A DNA stretch of 64,000 nt from Vulcanimicrobiota bacterium (GCA_050250895.1 JBFWNU010000001.1:3315557-3379556), one strand, 5' to 3'. Positions 38,335-48,198 are shown, counted from the first letter of the stretch. Numbers and translations are program-made. Notes: generated by a model from the letters alone, not told the origin.

Positions 38335-38588
38335 GGCGGGTCGGGGCCTTTGCTCCCGCGCAATCCCGGAGCCTCCCACAAAAGCCGGGAGCACCCCCTG
38401 GCTGGCGGGGTCGGGGCCTTTGCTCCCACGAAAACCGGGAGCACGCCGCCGCCGGCGGCGGGGCGGGTTTGCTCCGACAAAATCCCGGAGCGTGCTCCGA
38501 CAAAAGCTGGGAGCACGCCCTTGCCGGCGGGCGGGGCGGGTTTGCTCCGACAAAATCCCGGAGCATGCTCCCACAAAAGCTGGGAGCT
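38335..38588. repeat. Palindromic array 3: 7 short hairpins TGCTCC-(~11 nt)-GGAGCA
   Basis: Copies at about 38351, 38373, 38421, 38470, 38493, 38543 and 38566, between convergent genes. Confidence 0.85.
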
Positions 38589-38667
38589 GACCCGGGCCCT
38601 GGGCGGCCAGAACGGCCTTCATCCTGAGATTTTCACGGTGTAAAGCACAGACCGGGCCACGACGGGG

Positions 38668-40614
38668 CTAGGCAAGTGCAGGCGCGCCGGGCATGGCGTC
38701 GATGGCCACCAATCTTGAAGTGGGAGCGTCGCCGCGCAGCGAGGTTAGATACTCCCCATGGGGAGCGTTGTCGAGGTCGATCTCGATCACGCCGCCGCCG
38801 ATTTCCCAGAACAGCTCTTTGCCGTTGTTGCCTTTGCCGACATAGACGCTGTTGGTGCCCTGGTTCTCGCTGGCGATGTCGCCGGGCTTGTCGAAGTAGC
38901 GCCACTCGCCGGGCACCAGCTTGTCGCTGCCGGCATCAAAGCGGGCATATTCGACGCCAGCCACGGCACCGTCGCCGTTGTCCACCGGAGCATAGTTGAC
39001 GCTCACTTCAAAGCCCGAGTCGAAGGCATCACCATTGACGTCGTGCGAGTCGAAGTGGGAATGCAGGGCCAGGCTGCCGTGGGCGTTGTTGAAGTCGTCG
39101 GCGCCGATGGTGTCGAGCTGAGCCTTCAGGTTCAGCACGCGAATCGGAGTGGCGCAGTCGAGGATGTAGTCGCCCTTATTGGCAAACAGGTGCTCGATGG
39201 CGTCGGAAGCCTTGAGCGGCTGGCCCTGGTCGTTGGTGGCCCGCATCTTGAGATACTGAAAGGGCTCGCCGTCGTCGCCGGTGCGCTCGACCAGTTCCCA
39301 ATAGTCGGTGCGACCGAGAACGGACTCATCGCCCCGCTGCTGAGGTGGGTTAAGGCGGTTGTTGGGTAGATCGACGATGTTCTCGGTGAAATCCCAGGCC
39401 GGCTCGCTCGCCTCATAGGCCGCTTTGACCAGGTTCTCACGAAATTTGACGTTGTAGACATCCGAGTCGGTCAGCAGTCGTGAATCGACCACCTGGCCGT
39501 TGGCGTTCTTGATTTCCACGGTGTCGCCGGTGCTGATATCGCCGCTGCCGTTGACTCCGCTGTCGCGAAGGTTGACAGCCTGGCCGGCTCCGGCGAAGAG
39601 ACCGCTCAGAATCGAATTTCTCGTCTCGCTCAGGTCGAGCGCCGGAGCGTTGGTGGGTGGCGCCGGGTTGTTGGTGCCCGTGTTGGGGTTGGCGCCCGTG
39701 TTGGGGTTAGCTCCGGTGTTCGGGTTGGCGCCCGTGTTGGGGTTAGCCCCGGTGTTGGGGTTGGCTCCGGTGTTCGGGTTGGCTCCGGTGTTCGGGTTAG
39801 CTCCGGTGTTCGGGTTAGCTCCGGTGCTCGGGTTAGCTCCGGTGTTGGGGTTGGCGCCCGTGTTGGGGTTGGCTCCGGTGTTCGGGTTGGCACCCGTGTT
39901 GGGGTTGGCACCCGTGTTGGGATTGGCTCCGGTGTTCGGGTTGGCTCCGGTGTTCGGGTTAGCTCCGGTGTTGGGGTTGGCGCCCGTGTTGGGGTTGGCT
40001 CCGGTGTTCGGGTTGGCACCCGTGTTGGGGTTGGCACCCGTGTTGGGATTGGCTCCGGTGTTCGGGTTGGCACCCGTGTTGGGGTTGGCTCCGGTGTTGG
40101 GGTTGGCTCCGGTGTTGGGGTTGGCGCCCGTGTTGGGGTTGGCTCCGGTGTTGGGGTTGGCTCCCGTGTTGGGGTTGGCCCCGGTGTTCGGGTTGGCTCC
40201 CGTGTTGGGGTTGGCTCCCGTGTTCGGGTTGGCTCCCGTGTTCGGGTTGGCTCCGGTGTTGGGGTTGGCGCCCGTGTTGGGGTTGGCTCCCGTGTTCGGG
40301 TAGCTGCCGTAGCCTGAGTTGTAGGAGCCGAAAACTGCGCGATAGCCCCGGCCGGTGCCCCAGCTGTTGCTGTTGTGAGTGGGGTAGGTGGGGGCGGGCG
40401 GTTGATAGGTCGGGTAGTGCTGCTGCGGCGCCGGGGCCGACCAGCCCAGAAAAGAGGCCCAGCCCGAGAAGGCTGAAGTCAGGGTTTGATACTGCTGGTA
40501 GTGGCTCGCGTTGAACGAGGCGTAGCGCGGGGCGCTCTGGGTGTAGTTGAAGGAGTAGGTTGCTGGCGTGTAATTGATATTGTTGAGACGGTCGGGGCCG
40601 TAGTTATAGATCAT
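38668..40614 (-). CDS. Protein with Y/N/Q-rich N-terminus, NPNTGA repeats and a C-terminal Tgl-like transglutaminase domain
   Basis: ASDAIEHLF...YILDCAT...LKAQLDTIGADDFN and PGEWRYFDKP...QGTNSVYVG parallel Bacillus Tgl (YAFECAT...DTIGEDKFN, GDCLYFKNP...GEN). Confidence 0.75.
   Translation of the reverse strand: MIYNYGPDRLNNINYTPATYSFNYTQSAPRYASFNASHYQQYQTLTSAFSGWASFLGWSAPAPQQHYPTYQPPAPTYPTHNSNSWGTGRGYRAVFGSYNSGYGSYPNTGANPNTGANPNTGANPNTGANPNTGANPNTGANPNTGANPNTGANPNTGANPNTGANPNTGANPNTGANPNTGANPNTGANPNTGANPNTGANPNTGANPNTGANPNTGANPNTGANPNTGANPNTGANPNTGANPNTGANPNTGANPNTGANPSTGANPNTGANPNTGANPNTGANPNTGANPNTGANPNTGANPNTGANPNTGTNNPAPPTNAPALDLSETRNSILSGLFAGAGQAVNLRDSGVNGSGDISTGDTVEIKNANGQVVDSRLLTDSDVYNVKFRENLVKAAYEASEPAWDFTENIVDLPNNRLNPPQQRGDESVLGRTDYWELVERTGDDGEPFQYLKMRATNDQGQPLKASDAIEHLFANKGDYILDCATPIRVLNLKAQLDTIGADDFNNAHGSLALHSHFDSHDVNGDAFDSGFEVSVNYAPVDNGDGAVAGVEYARFDAGSDKLVPGEWRYFDKPGDIASENQGTNSVYVGKGNNGKELFWEIGGGVIEIDLDNAPHGEYLTSLRGDAPTSRLVAIDAMPGAPALA
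39673..40302 (-). repeat. Coding tandem repeat, 35 x 18 bp (NPNTGA)
   Basis: 630 bp. Variation is almost entirely synonymous; the exceptions are one NPSTGA and the terminal YPNTGA and NPNTGT. Confidence 0.95.
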
Positions 40615-40702
40615 CTTTGCTGTCCTGTATTGTTTTGTCCAACCTAGGAAAACACGCTTAATGTTCTCTGAAAGTTAGGGTTTTCTCACACTTTGAGTGG
40701 GC

Positions 40703-40784
40703 CTTCCGCGCGGAAGTGAGCCCGGTCCGGCAGACAGTACGGCACGTGGTGGTGCCGGATCCGGCACCTGGTGGCGCCGTACTC
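40703..40784. repeat. Solo inverted copy of the array-2 unit
   Basis: CTTCCGCGCGGAAG followed by AGTACGGCAC...GCCGGATCCGGC...GGCGCCGTACTC. Confidence 0.8.
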
Positions 40785-40909
40785 CGGCGTGGCCGGGACA
40801 CCGCGCAATCCCTCGGGGGCGCAGGGCCGCCCCGATGGCCAGATTTTGACAATTCTGTCATTTCGTGGGCGCCGAGCAGCGATAGAGTGAGGAAAATTGG
40901 AGGAAACCC

Positions 40910-41410
40910 ATGTCTAAGCAAATCGGCCAGATGCCTGGCGCGTCCGCCTATCTCGACCTCAAGAACGTCTCCGGGACCCGTTGCTACGGCGTGCGTGGCA
41001 CGAAGTGGAACCTGGTCGAGCGCGATCAGCAGACCGGCGAGTTCAAGCCCGTCGACAAGCTCGAGAAGGGCTACACCTCTGAGGAACTCGATGCCAACTT
41101 CGGCGTCTGGGTGGACAAGAAAGTCACCGAAGGCATGTGGTGGTGGAAGAAGACCGTACGCGAGGAAGACGGCCAGGTTCAGGCTGACGAAGTGCGCTCG
41201 TTTGACGCCTTCCGCGAGGGTGAGATGTCGCACGTCTGGCACCGCACCGTCGGCGGCGACGAGTTGTATACGTTCGACTCGGGCACCATCAACCTGCATC
41301 CTACCGACAGTGGCACCTATGCCACCCTCGACAGCCAGTGGACCGAGTACAGCGGCGACTGGAATCGCTACTGGGAATACATGAGCCCGCTGGCTCCGCC
41401 CAACGCCTAG
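40910..41410 (+). CDS. Hypothetical protein
   Basis: GGAGG RBS, 166 aa, strong codon bias. Confidence 0.85.
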   Translation: MSKQIGQMPGASAYLDLKNVSGTRCYGVRGTKWNLVERDQQTGEFKPVDKLEKGYTSEELDANFGVWVDKKVTEGMWWWKKTVREEDGQVQADEVRSFDAFREGEMSHVWHRTVGGDELYTFDSGTINLHPTDSGTYATLDSQWTEYSGDWNRYWEYMSPLAPPNA

Positions 41411-44400
41411 GTGCTCAGAAAGCTGCCCCGGCTCGCCGGGGCTGTTTTATTGCTGGCCAGTCTGCTGGCCTGCATCGGTCCGGGAGCGCCGCCCAGCGAC
41501 TTTGACCCCAACCGGGTCCAGTCGTTCAAGATGGTGTTGAGCCAGGGCCCAAGCCAGGCGCCTTCGCCATTGGCGCGTCCGGCCGTGGTGCCCCTCGAGG
41601 CCCAGGCCGTCGAGAGTCTCGTTCCGGTCTTGCCCGAGCCACCCACCAGGCCTTTCGCCAGGCGTGAGATTGCGCCGCCGAAGTCGCCAAAGGTTCAACC
41701 AGCCTTTGCCTCACAACCCACCGAAGTCCCGGCCCCCCAGCCCGGGCCGCTCGAGGTCGTCAGGGTGGCTCCGCAGGGGGCGGTGGGGCGGTTGCCTCAC
41801 TTGAGCGTCACCTTCAGCCAATCCATGGTGGCCCTGGGAGCCGACGATTCTCGACCCGTCCAATTGAGTCCCGAGCCGCCCGGCCAGTGGCGTTGGGTGG
41901 GAACGCGCACGCTGCTGTTCGAGCCTGAAGGCGGGTTTCCGATGGCCACCGATTACACAATCGAAGTGCCGGCGGGTCTGACCTCGACGGCGGGGGGCCG
42001 ACTGACCCAGCCTGGGCGATGGACCTTTTCCACTCCGGCCCCCACGGTGATCGGTTCTTCGCCTCAAGGCGTTGGTGTCGAGTTGCAACCCCTCATCTTC
42101 TTGCACTTCGACCAGCGAATACGAGCGGCCGACGTGCTCTCGCATCTCGAGCTCAGAGTCGGAAATGCCACCTATCCCCTCGAGCTGGCCAGTGCCGCCG
42201 AGCGTGCCGAAGACGGCGAGATCCTCGACCTGATCGATGCGGCCGAGCCAGACACCTGGGTGGTCGTTCGGCCTCCTCAGCCACTGCCGCGGGCGGCCGA
42301 GGCCACGGTTTCACTGGCGGCTGGAACCCCCTCGGCTGAGGGCCCCAAGACCAGTGAAAAAGCCTGGGAGTTTCGCTTTCACACCTACTCGCCGCTACGG
42401 TGCGTTCGCCACAGCGCCCGCCCGATCCGGCCCGACGAATCGCTCTGGCTCAAGTTCAACAACCAGCTCGACCGGGCGAGCTTCGTCGATGAGATGGTGC
42501 AGGTCGAGCCTGCCATACCGGAACTGGAGGTCAGGGTGGAAGGCGACACCATTCGCCTGGACGGCCCTACTCAGGGTAGCACCACCTATACCGTGACCGT
42601 GCACCCGAAGCTTACCGACGTTTTTGGCCAGCGACTGGGCAAGCCTGAGTCTTACCCCTTTCGGGTGGGGCGAGCTGAGCCGGAGTTGAGCGCCCTCGAC
42701 AACACATGGCTCGACCCGACCCGGCCCGTCTATGCCTATCAGAGCGTCAACATTGGCCAGGTGCGGGTGCGCCTGCATCGGGTCGGTCCTCAAGACCGTC
42801 AGGCCTTCGAGAAGTATGCGCGGGCCCGCGAGTGGAAGGACGCGATTTCTGGCCCTCTTCCCGGTAGCGCTCTGGTCGACGAGACGGTCAAGCTCTCCGA
42901 TGGCCGTCACGAAATGAAGCTGCCACCGGGTTACGGTCAGTACCTGGTGGCGGTCGAGCAGACCGGAAAACATGGGTGGCGCGGCCGAATGCTGGCCTGG
43001 GTGCAGGTCACCGACCTCGAGCTCGATGCCATGAGAGACCAGGACCAGACGGTGGCTTTGGTCAGTGAGCATGCTAGCGGCCGTGGGGTGACCGGCGTCG
43101 AGGTGAGCCTTCTGCCGGCCGGGCCTAGAACAGTGTCGAGCCAGTCCGGGCTAGCCCGGCTGACCGGGACAACCGGCGTCGTCGAAGCCAGGAAAGGAGA
43201 CGACCGGTGTTATCTCTTTGGCCTCGAATCGGTGCATAGGCAGGAGGGGGAGTTGCTGTGGTATGTGGTCGACGATCGGGGTCTGTACCGCCCAGGCGAG
43301 ACTGTCTGTCTCACCGGTTGGGTGCGCGAGCCGGGCAGCCTGGCTGGTAAGCCCGGCAGGCTTAAGTTCGCTTGTAAAGCAGGGGACGAGCTGATTGCCG
43401 AGGGATTGGTCGAGGTCCGCCCTTCGGGCGGCTTCGAGTTCTCCTTTCGGCTTCCTGATAAGCCGGTCTCGCTCGGTGGCGGTGAGGTTGAACTCGAATT
43501 TGACGGTCAGACCCACCAGCACTATCTCAGCATTCACGAATTTCGGCGGCCCGAGTTCGAGGTCGACGCCCGACCTGGTCCAGGTCCGTATTTCATCGGC
43601 GACCAGGGTCGGATGCAGGTCGAGGCCCACTACTACACGGGGGCGGCCCTGCCCAACGCCGAGGTTTCGTGGCAAGTCAAGGCGACACCCAGCCCCTTCG
43701 AGCCGCCCGGCCATCCCGACTTTTCTTTCGGGCTTGTTCGAGACACGGTGGGCTATTTCGATAGCGAACGGTCAGGCTGGCCGACCTCATATCAGCGGCT
43801 AAAGGGGCGTACTGACGGCTTCGGCAAGCATGTTCTGCTGATGGATTTTCAATCGGTCTGGCCGCCTCAGCCAACGTTGGTGTCGGCCGAAGCCATGGTC
43901 ACCGATCTTAACCGCAAGGATTGGGCGGTGGGGACCTCTCTACTCGTCCATCCGGCCGAGCTCTACGTCGGGCTGCGCCAGCTCGGTGAAACGCCTCGTT
44001 TCGAGGTGCTGGTCACCGACCTCGAGGGAAAGCCGGTGGCGGGGGCCCCGGTCGAGGTTCGCCTCGACGAGGAACACCAGCGTGTGGTATCGGACCTGGA
44101 GCCGGTGGTGGTCGAGTTTGCCAGCCGGCGGGCTCACCGGGTCAACGCCCTCGTCTACGATCAGAAGAAGCGTCCCAACCTCACCAGTTTGCCCGTCTGG
44201 CTAAGCACGACTTCGGCGGATGGAGAGATGCGACTGCAGGCGGATAAGGCGGAGTACTCGCCGGGGGAAGTGGCCGAGGTGACCGTCGACGCGCCTTTTG
44301 CTCCCACCAGCGGCCTGTGGTGGACGAACCTCGACCAGGTTGAGCCGATGACCTTCCAGGGCCGCCGGGCCACCCTGAAGGTGCGGGTCCCAGAAGGCCG

Positions 44401-46876
44401 CCCCAGCTTTTCGGTCGAGGTCTTGGCCCTGGGGCCGAAGGGTAGAGCCCTCAAAGATCGGTTGTCTCTGGATGTCTCGCTTGAACAGCAGCGCCTCGAA
44501 GTGGAAGTCGCTCCCAGCCAGGCTGAGGTCGAGCCTGGAGCCGAAACGCACGTAGAGGTAAGAGTGAGCGGGGCCGAGGCCGCCGGCTGCGAGGTGGCTT
44601 TGTGGGTGGTGGACGAGTCGGTGCTGGCGCTGGCCGAGTACGAATTAGCCGATCCCCTCCAAACCTTCTTCCCGGGCACCTACCGAGCGACCAGTGAGGA
44701 CCACAGCCGCTCGGTCGCGCCGCCCAGACAGTTCGAGTACAACGACATTTATGGCTTTGACCTGACCGGTCACGTGGCCGGCTGGGTCGGGCCCAATCCG
44801 GAAGTCCGGATTTCTTCCGAGATGAACGCTGGGGCGGAGTTCTCGTTTTTCACCACCCCCCGCGCCGCGACGCCTCGAGTGCGCCAGAACTTTGACCCGC
44901 TGGCTTACTTCGCCGGCAACCTGGTGGCCGACTCCCAGGGTCGGGTCACGACGGCGGTCAAGCTGCCTGACAACCTGACCCGTTACCGCATCCTGGCGGT
45001 GGCTGCCGGTCGCAGCCAGTTCGGCACCGCAACCTCGAGCCTGACGGCCCGGCTGCCCTTGATGGTGCGCCAATCCCCTCCGCGCTTTCTCAACCTGGGC
45101 GACCGCTGTCAGTTGCCTATCGTGCTGCACAATCAGACCGACGACGCCCTCGAGACCGAGGTGGCAATGCGGGCCGCCAACGCCCACCTGGTCGAGCGAG
45201 GCTACAGGGTGACGGTGCCGGCCAACGACCGGGTCGAGGTGCTCTTCGAGGTCGAGCCTGAGCAAGCGGGCATCGCGCGGTTTCAAGCGGCCGCCCGGGC
45301 GGGCTCGGTAGTCGACGCCACTCGCTTTGAACTGCCGGTGTGGACTCCCGCGGCCAGCCAGCAGCTGGCCACTTACGGCCACCTCGATCAGGGAGTGACC
45401 GCCCTGGCCATCGAACCGCCCCGGGACGCCTATCCCGGATTCGGCGGTCTGGAGGTGACCACCAGCTCTACGGCTGTTGGTTCGCTGGATGATGCGGTGT
45501 CCTATCTCGAGAACTACCCCTATCACTGCGCCGAGCAAGTCGCCTCGCGACTACTCGGGCGGCTGGCCGTGGGCCGCAAGCCGGCCCTGTTGAAGGCCGA
45601 CCTCGAGAGGCTGACTACGGCTCAGCGTCATGACGGTGGCTGGAGCTTCTGGCCTGACGCCGACTCTAGCCAGCCGTTCGTCAGCGTGCATGCCTTTCAC
45701 GCTCTGGTTCGGGCTAGAGCGGCCGGGTTGACAGTGGATGATTGGAGCTGGAATCGCGGCCTTGACTATCTGGCCAACCTCTCGAAGTCGACGCCGGGAT
45801 ATACCGGCCGCGGGCGTATTGATGTGAGGGCCTATGCCCTTTACGTGCGACATCTGGCCGGCCAAAAGCCCTCGACCAGCGAGTTGGTGCAGCAGGCCGG
45901 AGGCCTGGACCAACTCAGCAGCGAGGCTCTGGGCTGGCTGTTGCCCGTGCTTCCGGCGGCTCAGCGAAGGGCTGCTCGACAGGCTCTCCTGAACAGGCTC
46001 GACGAGACCGCGGCCGGGACCGGCGTCGAGCAAACTCTGGGCTCGCCGGACCGGACCCAGGCGGTGGTGCTGGAGGCCCTCATCGGCGACCAGCCCCAGA
46101 GCGATCTCATCCCCAAACTGGTGAGCCGTCTCGAGGAGCACCGGCGCCGGGGACACTGGCAGACCACCCAGGAGAATGCCTGGGCGGCCCTCGCCCTGAA
46201 CCGGTATTTCAAGACCTACGAGAAGACCGAGCCCGATTTGGTCAGCCGGCTCTGGTTGGGGCGGCGCTATCTTGGTCAGCAGACCTTCCGCGGTCGCTCG
46301 TCCGAGCCACAACAGCTCAGTCTGCCCCTCGAGGAGCTGACCAGGGCCGACCTGGTGGTTTCGCGTCAGGGCAAAGGTCGGCTCTACTATCGGGTGGGCC
46401 TGCGCTACGCGCCTCGCGATCTCCAACAAGCCGCCGTCGATCATGGCTTTGCGGTCGAGCGCACCTATGAGCCTATCGAGGACAACCGGGATGTCGTCCG
46501 CCAGACTGATGGCAGTTGGCGGATTCGGGCCGGAGCCAGGGTCAAGGTGAGGCTGACCATGGCCGTGGATGGCCGGCGTAGCCAGGTGGCTCTGGTAGAC
46601 TGGTTGCCGGCCGGACTGGAGGCCATCAATCCCGCCCTGGCCGGCACCACCTCGTCGCAAGAAGTCAGTTGGTGGGGCTGGTGGGACCACCAGAATCTGC
46701 GCGACGAGCGGGTCGAAGCCTTCGCTGCTACTCTAGCTGAGGGGGTCTACGAATACAGCTATGAAGCCCTGGCCTCGACGCCCGGGCAGTTCACGGCTCC
46801 CTCGGCCTGCGCCGAGGAAATGTATCACCCTGAAACCTTCGGGCGCTCGCCCAGTCTGCGAGTGACGGTCGAGTAA
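41411..46876 (+). CDS. Bacterial alpha-2-macroglobulin lipoprotein
   Basis: Lipobox LLAC; Ig-like domains; DRGLYRPGE, EFRRPEFEV, VVDESVL, LPDNLTRYR; thioester motif YPYHCAEQ; WQTTQEN; AEEMYHPE. Confidence 0.95.
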   Translation: MLRKLPRLAGAVLLLASLLACIGPGAPPSDFDPNRVQSFKMVLSQGPSQAPSPLARPAVVPLEAQAVESLVPVLPEPPTRPFARREIAPPKSPKVQPAFASQPTEVPAPQPGPLEVVRVAPQGAVGRLPHLSVTFSQSMVALGADDSRPVQLSPEPPGQWRWVGTRTLLFEPEGGFPMATDYTIEVPAGLTSTAGGRLTQPGRWTFSTPAPTVIGSSPQGVGVELQPLIFLHFDQRIRAADVLSHLELRVGNATYPLELASAAERAEDGEILDLIDAAEPDTWVVVRPPQPLPRAAEATVSLAAGTPSAEGPKTSEKAWEFRFHTYSPLRCVRHSARPIRPDESLWLKFNNQLDRASFVDEMVQVEPAIPELEVRVEGDTIRLDGPTQGSTTYTVTVHPKLTDVFGQRLGKPESYPFRVGRAEPELSALDNTWLDPTRPVYAYQSVNIGQVRVRLHRVGPQDRQAFEKYARAREWKDAISGPLPGSALVDETVKLSDGRHEMKLPPGYGQYLVAVEQTGKHGWRGRMLAWVQVTDLELDAMRDQDQTVALVSEHASGRGVTGVEVSLLPAGPRTVSSQSGLARLTGTTGVVEARKGDDRCYLFGLESVHRQEGELLWYVVDDRGLYRPGETVCLTGWVREPGSLAGKPGRLKFACKAGDELIAEGLVEVRPSGGFEFSFRLPDKPVSLGGGEVELEFDGQTHQHYLSIHEFRRPEFEVDARPGPGPYFIGDQGRMQVEAHYYTGAALPNAEVSWQVKATPSPFEPPGHPDFSFGLVRDTVGYFDSERSGWPTSYQRLKGRTDGFGKHVLLMDFQSVWPPQPTLVSAEAMVTDLNRKDWAVGTSLLVHPAELYVGLRQLGETPRFEVLVTDLEGKPVAGAPVEVRLDEEHQRVVSDLEPVVVEFASRRAHRVNALVYDQKKRPNLTSLPVWLSTTSADGEMRLQADKAEYSPGEVAEVTVDAPFAPTSGLWWTNLDQVEPMTFQGRRATLKVRVPEGRPSFSVEVLALGPKGRALKDRLSLDVSLEQQRLEVEVAPSQAEVEPGAETHVEVRVSGAEAAGCEVALWVVDESVLALAEYELADPLQTFFPGTYRATSEDHSRSVAPPRQFEYNDIYGFDLTGHVAGWVGPNPEVRISSEMNAGAEFSFFTTPRAATPRVRQNFDPLAYFAGNLVADSQGRVTTAVKLPDNLTRYRILAVAAGRSQFGTATSSLTARLPLMVRQSPPRFLNLGDRCQLPIVLHNQTDDALETEVAMRAANAHLVERGYRVTVPANDRVEVLFEVEPEQAGIARFQAAARAGSVVDATRFELPVWTPAASQQLATYGHLDQGVTALAIEPPRDAYPGFGGLEVTTSSTAVGSLDDAVSYLENYPYHCAEQVASRLLGRLAVGRKPALLKADLERLTTAQRHDGGWSFWPDADSSQPFVSVHAFHALVRARAAGLTVDDWSWNRGLDYLANLSKSTPGYTGRGRIDVRAYALYVRHLAGQKPSTSELVQQAGGLDQLSSEALGWLLPVLPAAQRRAARQALLNRLDETAAGTGVEQTLGSPDRTQAVVLEALIGDQPQSDLIPKLVSRLEEHRRRGHWQTTQENAWAALALNRYFKTYEKTEPDLVSRLWLGRRYLGQQTFRGRSSEPQQLSLPLEELTRADLVVSRQGKGRLYYRVGLRYAPRDLQQAAVDHGFAVERTYEPIEDNRDVVRQTDGSWRIRAGARVKVRLTMAVDGRRSQVALVDWLPAGLEAINPALAGTTSSQEVSWWGWWDHQNLRDERVEAFAATLAEGVYEYSYEALASTPGQFTAPSACAEEMYHPETFGRSPSLRVTVE

Positions 46877-46877
46877 G

Positions 46878-48198
46878 ATGGATATCGGTCGCTACCTGGA
46901 CGCCCGCCTGGCCGAGGGCAGCCTCGATTCGTCGGGTGCCTTCACCGTCAACTGGCAGGGGCGCGATCGCCTGATGAAAGAGCTTTTTCTGTCCCAGCCA
47001 GGTCTTTGGATGGTCAAGGTGGTCCAGGCGGCGGTGGCGCTGGGTTCGACCGCTCTGCGGGTCAAAGTAGGAACGACCCGAGTGCAGGTAAGCTTTCGCT
47101 GTCCTGAGCCCCCCGACCCCCGGGCTGTGTTTGACGACCGGCCGGGCGAGGTCGAAGGTTTGCTCGGGCTAGGACTGGCGGCTGCCCAGGCCGAGCGGCC
47201 TCACCGCCTTACCTATTTGGTCGAGGGAGACCCCGGCGCGATGGTCAGCTTGAATCACCTCGGTGAGCCGGTCCACCTGCCGCTCGTGGGTGACGATGTC
47301 TGGGACCGAAACTCGCCGCTAGGGGGGGACCGGGCGGCGCGCAATGGTGGTCTTCGAAGACGCTTGCGGTTTGTTCGAGGGCTTGCAGAGGCTGCTCAAG
47401 CGTCGCTTCGGCGGGGCCTACGAGACCACGCGAAGAAGTGACTTCTGTCCGGTGCCACTCGAGTTCGACGGTCATCACCTCGGGGGTGGAGGGCAGAGAG
47501 TCTTCAGCTGTCTGGCGGTCGAATATATCCTGGGTCAGGCTGGGCACGACACCTTCGTACGCGAACGGGAGCCGGGAAACGGTTCGATGTTCTATCAAGC
47601 GGGTGAGCATCTGGTCGGACCTCTCAATTCCTCCAGCCGCGTGCTGTCCCACTGGTGTTTCCACCCAGACCCGAGGCTCGGGAGCGGGAGCCAGGCAATC
47701 GAACTGGCCGCGCCGCCGTCCAAAGGCCTGATCATTTCCCACAGTCAAGGCAAGCTGAGCTATCCCGAGAATTCCCTGGCTTTGTGGCGGCGAACTCTGC
47801 TGGGGGCCAGGCCGGAGCGGCTGGTGGTGGTGGGGCCCGGAGTTCTCTCACCGCGCTTCCTCGCTCCGGGACAGGTCGCCGCCGACGGGCTGCGCTGCCA
47901 TCTGTCGGTGGAATTGCCCCTCAAGCCCGAAGGGCCGAGCATTCTGATCGCGGTTCGCCACGGTATCATGCTCGAATCGGTGGAGGTGGACCTGGGCATG
48001 CCGGGAGCGGTAGCCATCGTGGCCAGTCCCAATTTGAAGACTGACGCCACCACTCTAGGGCTGGTACGCGATCAGGCCCTCGACGACATCGTGGAGCTTG
48101 CTCGCGAGCGGCTGGATGCTTTAGCCGACAGGGTGCTCGCTCTGCGTGACCGCGTCGGCGAGCGCCGCCTGGGTTGGCTGGCTCGAGCCAGGCTTTAG
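46878..48198 (+). pseudogene. Degenerate GHKL/Hsp90-like paralogue 3, split by a frameshift at a G7 tract
   Basis: The N-half (SSGAFTV, KVVQAAVALGS) and C-half (LKTDATTLGLVRD) match the paralogues. Deleting one G at 47322-47328 gives a 439-aa ORF. Confidence 0.75.

Noticed and set aside
39500-40303. GLAPVL-repeat ORF and the PT-rich ORF 39630..40073
   Set aside because: Antisense and alternative frames of the NPNTGA repeat. The NPNTGA frame is continuous with the Tgl-like domain and has synonymous variation.
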